NCBI GenBank assembly: GCA_025611195.1
Contig: GCA_025611195.1_4718.2
Reading direction: 5' to 3' (one strand)
DNA length: 64,000 nucleotides
From: a phage
A model generated the notes under the pieces. It searched no databases, was not told the origin of the DNA, and saw only the letters and a list, made by a program, of their open reading frames with translations. The position numbers and the translations under genes are program-made. Position 1 is the stretch's first letter. The number at the start of each line of letters is the position of its first letter. This document shows positions 56,760-64,000 of this stretch, piece after piece.

Positions 56760-58928
56760 TTAGCTTTCGCAGTCATCTGCGTCGATGATTTGTCCGCCAG
56801 CAACGTTCAGTTGATGATACAGAATCCTCAACGCACGGTTGCCACCAATGGGATACTTCTCGAAGTTGGTCGCAATAGGAATCGCTGACGGCTTATCGGT
56901 CGCATAGATGCTTTCAGTGATGCTATCCACCTGTTTTGGATTGTTCGCATAGTCCATAAAGACGCTCGCAAACCATCCGCCAGCGAAGGCGGTAACTTCG
57001 CGATGTTCAGATTCGCCACAGTAACGAGTCGGTTGCTCTTTACCGGGAGAACTGTATTTATCGCTATTACTGAGTTTCGACGGTAATCCATGCGCTTGCA
57101 ATTTAGGGATACCCACAGCCGACCAATCGTTCGCCGTCTTCTCCAACATCATGATGTACGTGTCACCGATCGCAATATCGTTCTTGGTTGTCCGCCACTG
57201 TCCAGAACGCCCGCGGTACCGTACAGGACCTTTCTTCAACGGGAACTCACGAATCAGATTCTCCATACGTTCTGAACCTGCTGCGATACTGTCCGTCGGG
57301 ATATAAACTTCCGTACCGTGGCGCTGTACGTACCGTAAATGATCCCATTTATCCTCATTCGTGATACAGTATTTTTCAACAACCTGTTCCACGAACTCAG
57401 GACTGACGATATAGTAATAGCGCATCAGTGTGTTCCAGGCGGTCTCCAGATCGCCTGCATCCATCACTGGTTTCAGTTCACGCATGATCTGATCACCAAC
57501 GCCGTTGATGTATGGCGCATTAACACGACTTAAACTCATCCTTTTAATTACCGTGCTATCGTCAAACATAAAGTCCGCAACGTTACCCCATTGGTCAACC
57601 GGCATTTCATCGTCTTCCATGATGTCGGTTACGACGAATTTATCGCCTGCCATACCGGTGAATTTAAACCCGATGCCTGGAACAACGTCATACGTGTATG
57701 TGATGGTCACACGCCAATCATCAAGATTCTCTTTACGGTAATCGCGGGTCGGTAACACATGGCGTAGCTGTCCGTTAGGATTGCGGATATCAATACCGTG
57801 TTCAGCGTCAGCCAGGTTCAACCACCACATCACCGTTTGATGATGACGTATCGGCGTACCAACGCGTTCACGTTCGTACTTACGAACAGCATCCTGAATT
57901 CGGGTGTAAAGCAAACCGATTGCGTTCTCGTATTTCAGGAATTGACGATACGGAGGACGCATCTTCTCTTCCATCATAATCGCGCGCTCGCGGGCTTGAC
58001 GTCCAGAACGACGATGTCGATCGCTGACAACATCGATATCCGTTACACGCGCATTCGGTTCAGCGTAAGTGAGATCATCGTAAACATAATCCACACGCTG
58101 AAGATTACACGTCATCATGTCAACAACGCTGAGGATAGGATCTATTTCGCGTGTTGCTGCAAGTAACCCATCCTTACGAATACGCTCACCGTTCTCGGGT
58201 ATCGCTTGATATACCTCATCATCGCCGTAGAGATTAATTGGATATCGTGATTTACCTGATGTGATCGTTCGCTTCTCAATGCCGGTACTGGTGAAATGCT
58301 TCAATACACCACGACGGGCAACGCCACCATCTTCAATACACTGGTAGAAGCTACCGAAACACACCTTGCAATCGCGACCGTAACCCCACTCACGTGTTTC
58401 TTGATTGATCGCTGGGCTTTCCATCAAACGAGAATATCGCGGTACGATCTGGCCTCGACGAAGGGAATGGAACAAGTTGGTTGGTCGAAAACGGAAACCG
58501 TACTGCTGATGCATGATGTGATGCTCAGGCACTTCAAGCAAGCGTAGCTCGTGACGGTTACCATCCTCTTGGTTTTCGTACAGCACGTAATGCATCGTGT
58601 TTGTTTTGATGCTGTTTGCTGTATGTCCTGGTTGAAACCGTGGAATGATATCTATGATGCGAGATTCAACTGGAAACTCTACTGACCAAGTGTTCTGTCC
58701 GTACTGGTATTCAATCCCCGTCGTTAGTCGGGACGGCTTCGCATCTTTGATAACCAACGCTTGGCTAAGATGTCCACCAAACATCGCAGCGCGCTGTGCT
58801 GAGTTATAATGCAATAGCCCGTTAAGTCCAGTCCCTACGCCAGTATACTCCTGTTTAATGGGAATGATTTTACCTTCAGCGATTGCCTGCTTCACAGATT
58901 CATAAAGAGGTTTTTCTTTATAATGCAT
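56760..58928 (-). CDS. RNA polymerase beta-like subunit, C-terminal fragment (multisubunit phage RNAP)
   Basis: Colinear matches to the beta catalytic region: GMAGDKFVV (beta GDKMAGRHGNKG), EDDEMPVDQWGNVAD...KRMSLSR (beta EDMPYDENGTPVD...SRMNIGQ), IGDTYIMMLEKTANDW (beta GYMYMLKLNHLVDDKMHA), GESEHREVTAFAGG (beta GEMEVWALEAYGAA). Start moved to ATG 58928 (AGGAAG upstream). Confidence 0.65.
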   Translation of the reverse strand: MHYKEKPLYESVKQAIAEGKIIPIKQEYTGVGTGLNGLLHYNSAQRAAMFGGHLSQALVIKDAKPSRLTTGIEYQYGQNTWSVEFPVESRIIDIIPRFQPGHTANSIKTNTMHYVLYENQEDGNRHELRLLEVPEHHIMHQQYGFRFRPTNLFHSLRRGQIVPRYSRLMESPAINQETREWGYGRDCKVCFGSFYQCIEDGGVARRGVLKHFTSTGIEKRTITSGKSRYPINLYGDDEVYQAIPENGERIRKDGLLAATREIDPILSVVDMMTCNLQRVDYVYDDLTYAEPNARVTDIDVVSDRHRRSGRQARERAIMMEEKMRPPYRQFLKYENAIGLLYTRIQDAVRKYERERVGTPIRHHQTVMWWLNLADAEHGIDIRNPNGQLRHVLPTRDYRKENLDDWRVTITYTYDVVPGIGFKFTGMAGDKFVVTDIMEDDEMPVDQWGNVADFMFDDSTVIKRMSLSRVNAPYINGVGDQIMRELKPVMDAGDLETAWNTLMRYYYIVSPEFVEQVVEKYCITNEDKWDHLRYVQRHGTEVYIPTDSIAAGSERMENLIREFPLKKGPVRYRGRSGQWRTTKNDIAIGDTYIMMLEKTANDWSAVGIPKLQAHGLPSKLSNSDKYSSPGKEQPTRYCGESEHREVTAFAGGWFASVFMDYANNPKQVDSITESIYATDKPSAIPIATNFEKYPIGGNRALRILYHQLNVAGGQIIDADDCES

Positions 58929-58959
58929 AGGACTTCCTATTATCGAATTGAGGTACGTC

Positions 58960-59313
58960 ATGTCTAACACGCCCCTGAACGACTTTCTTAAGACAAACCC
59001 CGATGACCTCATCCACGATCTTGATTTCAGGAACGTTGTTGAGATGCATCTGGAATATTTCAAAAATGCCGGACTGGTCTCTACGATAGACATACCACCC
59101 GAACGCGCCTACGAATTCGATGGTAACTTTTATGGATTGTGTCGTGTTCTGCTCGGCGAGGGCAGTGAATCAATGCACTGGATCACCATGAGACTCAATG
59201 GTTATCGCGACCCTACGGAATACACGGCCGATGTTCTAACCATGAAGATTGTCGATACAAGCGCAATCAACACATTAAAACAGCAGTACCGCACAATCCA
59301 CTACAGCGCTTAA
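58960..59313 (+). CDS. hypothetical protein (lone plus-strand gene)
   Basis: MSNTPLNDFLKTNPDDLIHDL...; GAGGT 6 nt before ATG 58960. Divergent from the beta-like gene with a 31-bp spacer. Confidence 0.5.
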   Translation: MSNTPLNDFLKTNPDDLIHDLDFRNVVEMHLEYFKNAGLVSTIDIPPERAYEFDGNFYGLCRVLLGEGSESMHWITMRLNGYRDPTEYTADVLTMKIVDTSAINTLKQQYRTIHYSA

Positions 59314-59318
59314 GATAA

Positions 59319-59358
59319 CCCTCCCACAGCGTAAAGCGTAGGGAGGGCATTTATGCCG
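59319..59358. terminator. stem-loop CCCTCCC/GGGAGGG at convergent junction, followed on the plus strand by ATTTATGCCG
   Basis: 7-bp stem 59319..59347 with 15-nt loop between the plus gene stop (59313) and the minus gene stop (59379). Confidence 0.5.
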
Positions 59359-59378
59359 TCGTTCGTTGGCTTAGCACA

Positions 59379-60659
59379 TCAGAAACGATTTACAGTACGT
59401 CCTGTCCACGCACTCAGGATGTTGTTACGTTCCATCTCAGCCCGACGACGTAAACCGTTTGGCGACTGCGGTGCTGGCGGCATCCCCCACCCAGCAGGCT
59501 GCATACCCATACCAGGCCAAGCGGTATTATTGAACATCGTGCCGTTACGTTCCGCGACACGATTCATCAACGCATCAAACGTGCTATTACCTGCCGGTTG
59601 GTTACCACCACTTTCCCACTGATTAGGTTGAACAGGTGCGGTTTTACCTAACAGGTTATCAATCACGTTACTTGTTGCAGCAGGACGCGGTTGCATACCT
59701 TCATGTGCAGCTGCTGATGGATTTGGCTTAACCGTCGGCTGCGGACGACTGTTCAGCGTTACACCCATGTTGTATTTCGCTGGTGGAATCTGACCACGAT
59801 GTTGGGTAATCGGCTCAAAATCCTCGACCCAGGTAACATCGCAATAACCGTTCTCTTTACCGTCGTACTTATCACCAAACAGTTTGATGAGATTGTTCAG
59901 CGGTTCCATCAGCTTCGCGAAGCTGTGGATAAGACAATCGAAATAGGGAGCATGAGGATCGCTTGACCCAGCATTATACGTTTCACTTACTTCACCGGAG
60001 TGAGGGATAACGTACTCAACCAGGTTTCTCAGCATGTTAAGATCTTTCTTGGAAATCTCAACACCACACCAGTACGTTTTCTTATCTTTCGTGCTGATGT
60101 GTTCCTCTTCCATGAACGGGAAAGTAACTACCGCAACACGGGTCATCTTCTTACCCATGTAGGTTGCGCCGGTACGACGAAGATAAATTTTAGACAGCGT
60201 ATACGGTGTGTCGCGTTTCAACCAAACGGTAACCAGTTTGCCCAGGGTCGTTAATGTTTTATCGCTGGCGTCCGCAAGGATGTTGAAGAACTCTTTTTGC
60301 TTCGGTCCGAAACGTTTTGCTTCTTTAGGGTTGATTGCGGTTTCAACCATCCAAATCAGCATAGAACACAGCGTGGCGTTAAAACGAACAACCATCGCGC
60401 GACGCAGGAACTGAAGTACTTCCGATTCGCCGTTCATCACGTCTTCACTTAACGGATGGAACAACACGCGTTCAGCTAACTGGTTTCCGGTACGAACTTC
60501 GGGAACCGGCATCAGCAACGGCATGCTTTCCACGGTAGCGGCAACTGCAACAACTTTACCATCCCCATCCGTAAAACGATATTCTAATTCGTGGGCATCA
60601 TTCTCAAAATAGTTAACGCTTTGCAGCGCTTTGCGATAAGCTTCAATAAGCTTCGACAT
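59379..60659 (-). CDS. hypothetical protein with Gln/Pro/Gly-rich C-terminal tail
   Basis: 426-aa ORF with AAGGAAA before ATG. Confidence 0.55.
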   Translation of the reverse strand: MSKLIEAYRKALQSVNYFENDAHELEYRFTDGDGKVVAVAATVESMPLLMPVPEVRTGNQLAERVLFHPLSEDVMNGESEVLQFLRRAMVVRFNATLCSMLIWMVETAINPKEAKRFGPKQKEFFNILADASDKTLTTLGKLVTVWLKRDTPYTLSKIYLRRTGATYMGKKMTRVAVVTFPFMEEEHISTKDKKTYWCGVEISKKDLNMLRNLVEYVIPHSGEVSETYNAGSSDPHAPYFDCLIHSFAKLMEPLNNLIKLFGDKYDGKENGYCDVTWVEDFEPITQHRGQIPPAKYNMGVTLNSRPQPTVKPNPSAAAHEGMQPRPAATSNVIDNLLGKTAPVQPNQWESGGNQPAGNSTFDALMNRVAERNGTMFNNTAWPGMGMQPAGWGMPPAPQSPNGLRRRAEMERNNILSAWTGRTVNRF

Positions 60660-60687
60660 ATTACGTTTCCTTTTCTTTTACGTCAAC

Positions 60688-60708
60688 GGTCCCCCACAAC
60701 AGGGGACC
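60688..60708 (-). promoter_or_regulatory. stem-loop GGTCCCC-CACAACA-GGGGACC
   Basis: 7-bp stem after the stop of 60715..62301. Confidence 0.45.
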
Positions 60709-60714
60709 TATGGA

Positions 60715-62301
60715 TTAGAAGTTGCCTTTGGTAGTTACCGCATCCACCAGGTTAAACAAATCAACACTCAGCTTGTAAACCTCCTGCTGGCTACGGTTGA
60801 GCAGTGGGCTGTACGCGGACGGGTTGATGTTCGGCATGGTGTACGGAATCGGTGAAGAGCCGTCAACGCTGATCTTGAACTGGCTGTCCAGGAACAGGTT
60901 GATTGCGCCACTCACCATAACCGCGTTCGGGTTGTTACCCAACATGGAGGGCAGGATATTGGTAATCATGTCAGAGCGCATCTGTTCAGCAGCGCGGTTA
61001 CAATCATACCCTTTAATGAACGGTACAGCGTCAGTAACCGCAACCGCCCATTGCCCAGGCATGATACCTAGTTCTGGATGGCCGTGGTTATCAGCAATGA
61101 AACGGAACGATTCCAACATGCGATACGTCATCGCAGCAGGCATCATCGCAGCAAGCGACGAACAGTACAATGTTGGGTAATCGATAACGTCCCAGCTCTG
61201 GCTATCGGTCGGCATCCAGCCAAACTCAGTGGTTGCTGATGTACCGCGACGAGCTTCCACATACGGGAATAACGTTAATACGTCACGGATATGTTCGCCG
61301 AACATCCGTTTCATGTCTACCCAACTCATGCTACCGCTGAAGGCGAATCCCTCATCACGCATGATCGCACCGAATACCGGATGTGCAACCAACGGTTCTT
61401 CACGAACAGCTTGAGCTGCTTCTACGTAAATATCCTCATTCTCTGCGCTACCTGGATGAGACCCGCTTTCGTACGTCTGACGAATAGCCCCGACGTTATC
61501 GAAGGCTTTTCTTAGATAGATGGTTGGGATGTTCGTATCAGCACTCGCTGGTTTGATTTTCTCCGTTGCGAAACACATTGCTGCTTCCACACCACGAAAA
61601 ACCGGTTCCGGTTGCGATTGATAGGAAGAGCGATGGACCACATCAGCGTAGGCTGGATCGAACTGCTGCATCACGTTCTGCATGGCTGGGTCCATGAACT
61701 GGTTATCAAAACCACCATTGCCTACCCAACGTGCTGTCGACGCATAAGTCAGCGTATCCTGAACACGAGTACTGAACTGAACATCACGATTAACAGGGTC
61801 GTATGCGCCAGTCAAAAGGTTCGTTGCGTCCATCGGGGTCGCGCGAACGATTTGCTTACCGAACATATCCGTTGTGGTTGTTTCGGTTACCTGGATTACA
61901 TTCGTGAAGAAGAACACCAGTTCGTTCGGTAGATCGATAGAACGCGTTGTAAACGCATCGAGGCTTACCGAATGGTCGGTGTATCCAGAAATGTAATGGA
62001 CGCGCTTGGTTCCTGGTGCAAGGGCCAAGGATTCTTCCACAGCCATCATGAAATGGAAACGACGTGTGCCCCAACCATTCGCAATCTCCGAAACCCCCTC
62101 AGGTTCTGCAGACTGCTGTAACAAACCGGTTGCAAGCTTATTGATTGCTGATGGGGTTGTTGCCGTACCGAACTTCGTCGTGTTAATAAAGTCTTCGATG
62201 CTACGCATGCTATCTGCATGGAATCGTAGTGGACGACGTTGTACGTTGTTGTACGGTGCGGTTTCAACCATCAGTATTTCACGAACATTCATCGGGATCA
62301 T
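60715..62301 (-). CDS. hypothetical protein (528 aa)
   Basis: Long ORF with AAGAGGAAA before ATG; one of two adjacent 528-aa genes. Confidence 0.6.
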   Translation of the reverse strand: MIPMNVREILMVETAPYNNVQRRPLRFHADSMRSIEDFINTTKFGTATTPSAINKLATGLLQQSAEPEGVSEIANGWGTRRFHFMMAVEESLALAPGTKRVHYISGYTDHSVSLDAFTTRSIDLPNELVFFFTNVIQVTETTTTDMFGKQIVRATPMDATNLLTGAYDPVNRDVQFSTRVQDTLTYASTARWVGNGGFDNQFMDPAMQNVMQQFDPAYADVVHRSSYQSQPEPVFRGVEAAMCFATEKIKPASADTNIPTIYLRKAFDNVGAIRQTYESGSHPGSAENEDIYVEAAQAVREEPLVAHPVFGAIMRDEGFAFSGSMSWVDMKRMFGEHIRDVLTLFPYVEARRGTSATTEFGWMPTDSQSWDVIDYPTLYCSSLAAMMPAAMTYRMLESFRFIADNHGHPELGIMPGQWAVAVTDAVPFIKGYDCNRAAEQMRSDMITNILPSMLGNNPNAVMVSGAINLFLDSQFKISVDGSSPIPYTMPNINPSAYSPLLNRSQQEVYKLSVDLFNLVDAVTTKGNF

Positions 62302-62302
62302 T

Positions 62303-63889
62303 TTATTTTTTTCCTCTTAAATTTACTACATGTTCATTTAATCGAACAACTAATTGCACAAGCTGCTGACGGATATCTGCTGGACAAAGCATCAATCCTT
62401 TACGATCAGCTGGGACTTTCTCAAGGATTTCCGGACCTGCTGCGGAAACATCCCAATCCCATTCACAAAACGCATCAGCCACCATGTTAATACCGACAAC
62501 CGGTAAAGTTGTACGTTCATCTTCATACATGGCATGCGGATACAATTTATTGACGGTAATGACCTCCTGTGGTTTTAACTGATGGATAATCTGGTAAACG
62601 TCGTCGCGTTTAACCTGGATACCTACGGTCAGCGCAGCCAGTTGAGGAAAACCCCAATGGTCTAATAAACACGCTGCGATCGCTAACGCTTTTGCCTGAT
62701 GTACGGCTTCAATCGGTGATAGACTTCTCGCTGGAAGATGGCTATCAAGCAACCATTGTGCCAATGCTCGGCATCCACGGTTGATTGGTTTTAACTCAAC
62801 GCTGTCATCATGTTTAGCGTAGGTGTATCCGTCGTAACGTTTTGCGATACGCGCATACATGTCTTCAACTTTACCGTAAGGTGCCGTTTCATCGATGTCG
62901 TGCAGCACCCGTTCCATCTGGGTAAGATACGCGATGTCGAGAATGAGTACGCGCGGTGAACGTTTATCTTTCACCATCAACGCATCGATCACGCCTTGGC
63001 TATCTTCGTCTTGCGCGTTCCCTCGCGGGGTTTTCTCGCGAATCGGTCCGCTGAAACGTCGTTCCGTACAAAGGTTATTCACATAGCTAAAGATCAACGT
63101 TACCAGGTGCGTACAACTTACCAACACCCCATCTTTAACGACAGGCTGTACGGCTTGGTCCAAATCGCGTACTGCGAGACGGCGAACGATGGCTTGTGAA
63201 CGCAACCAACCGGGTACTTTCTCCGTCGACATGTAATCCACTGTCATCGACAGCGTGATCTTTTTATCACCTGTCTGCGCACGGATATAATCTTCCAGTC
63301 GGTCGTAAGCAGCGATATCATGAATGCGTGTTTTATACATTAACGACATAGCTACTTCTTCTTTACGTACCGTCCCGTACGTTTTCCCTGCGTCAATCAG
63401 AAACTCCGCCCAAATCGGCACCATCAGACGGACGTAGATCGCTAACGCCGTTAACTCAACGTAATCATTTCGTAAATAGGTTTTCTCGGGTATATCATCC
63501 TCACCTAATGTTGTTTTCATGTCCGGCGGTAATTTTACCCAACCTGGGGTATTACACAACGCCAGAATCTCTTCATACACAACCGGTTTGTAAATTTCAC
63601 CAACAGCGCGGCTCAACTCCTCCATTTGTTGTTGTGGAGCAATGTAGTTATCCATCGCTTCACGTGCTTTAACGAACCCTTCGAAGATGTCGTCGATTCG
63701 ACGTGGGTTCTTTTGTTCTATCCAGGCGAGATACTTGTTAATCTCCCGCATCTGATTGCTAGCCATATCCCCATCAATCTTGATGTAACCCTGGCCTGAA
63801 AATTCCACGGTACGTCCGTCACGATGTTTGATGAGATAGTGATCCAGCTTTTCTTTGCCTTGCGTCGTAATGACGGGCACTATGTGCAT
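62303..63889 (-). CDS. hypothetical protein (528 aa)
   Basis: Long ORF with AAGAGG before ATG; preceded by the TATATTAC-like element. Confidence 0.6.
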   Translation of the reverse strand: MHIVPVITTQGKEKLDHYLIKHRDGRTVEFSGQGYIKIDGDMASNQMREINKYLAWIEQKNPRRIDDIFEGFVKAREAMDNYIAPQQQMEELSRAVGEIYKPVVYEEILALCNTPGWVKLPPDMKTTLGEDDIPEKTYLRNDYVELTALAIYVRLMVPIWAEFLIDAGKTYGTVRKEEVAMSLMYKTRIHDIAAYDRLEDYIRAQTGDKKITLSMTVDYMSTEKVPGWLRSQAIVRRLAVRDLDQAVQPVVKDGVLVSCTHLVTLIFSYVNNLCTERRFSGPIREKTPRGNAQDEDSQGVIDALMVKDKRSPRVLILDIAYLTQMERVLHDIDETAPYGKVEDMYARIAKRYDGYTYAKHDDSVELKPINRGCRALAQWLLDSHLPARSLSPIEAVHQAKALAIAACLLDHWGFPQLAALTVGIQVKRDDVYQIIHQLKPQEVITVNKLYPHAMYEDERTTLPVVGINMVADAFCEWDWDVSAAGPEILEKVPADRKGLMLCPADIRQQLVQLVVRLNEHVVNLRGKK

Positions 63890-63962
63890 AACAACCTCTT
63901 TTCGCGGTTCCCTGTTAAAACGTCTTCGGCGACGTCTACCACAAAGGTAACATTTATGTCGC

Positions 63963-64000
63963 CTCTATGACTTTGTTCATAGAGGTAATATAAGCGTGAA
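63963..64000 (-). promoter_or_regulatory. candidate early-type promoter variant: TTCACGCTTATATTAC next to 8-bp stem-loop (truncated by window end)
   Basis: Minus strand reads ...TTCACGCTTATATTAC (plus 63985..64000) then hairpin CTCTATGA...TCATAGAG (63963..63984), about 96 nt upstream of ATG 63889. Same layout as 17320..17368. Confidence 0.4.

Noticed and set aside
56760-59093. Long N-terminal extension of the RNAP beta-like ORF
   Set aside because: The extension has Ser/Arg/Phe-rich junk-like composition and overlaps the plausible plus-strand gene 58960..59313. An ATG at 58928 with an AGGAAG Shine-Dalgarno is preferred.

Overview
This window reads as part of a tailed dsDNA bacteriophage genome, most likely a phiKZ-like jumbo phage (Chimalliviridae-type) of an enterobacterial host. 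The evidence is two divergent fragments of a multisubunit RNA polymerase (beta' C-terminal part at 52682..54688, beta C-terminal part at 56760..58928) and a thymidylate synthase close to E. coli ThyA. Almost all genes are on the minus strand, tightly packed, often with ATGA stop/start overlaps. Two short plus-strand islands interrupt this (46112..49744 and 58960..59313). The 5' end of the window holds a tail-fibre module: a lipoprotein, a lambda Tfa-like assembly chaperone, a 1292-aa fibre with 114-bp internal repeats, and a four-member paralog family with a shared N-terminal module. Further along are a secreted SleB-type hydrolase with a holin-like gene, a SAM methyltransferase, a GNAT acetyltransferase, six tandem Myb/GcrA-like HTH paralogs, NAD-dependent DNA ligase, thymidylate synthase with two insertions, a DEDDh exonuclease, a phosphoesterase/HD pair, and SNF2 and DExH helicases. 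Intergenic regions carry a recurring family of GGAGG/CCTCC stem-loops, often followed by a TTATGC motif, and three copies of a TTTCACG(G/C)(C/T)TATATTAC element upstream of start codons. No tRNA, rRNA, CRISPR array or transposase was recognised by eye; all calls are manual motif recognition, with no database search run. Many listed ORF starts were moved downstream to ATG/GTG codons with Shine-Dalgarno support.
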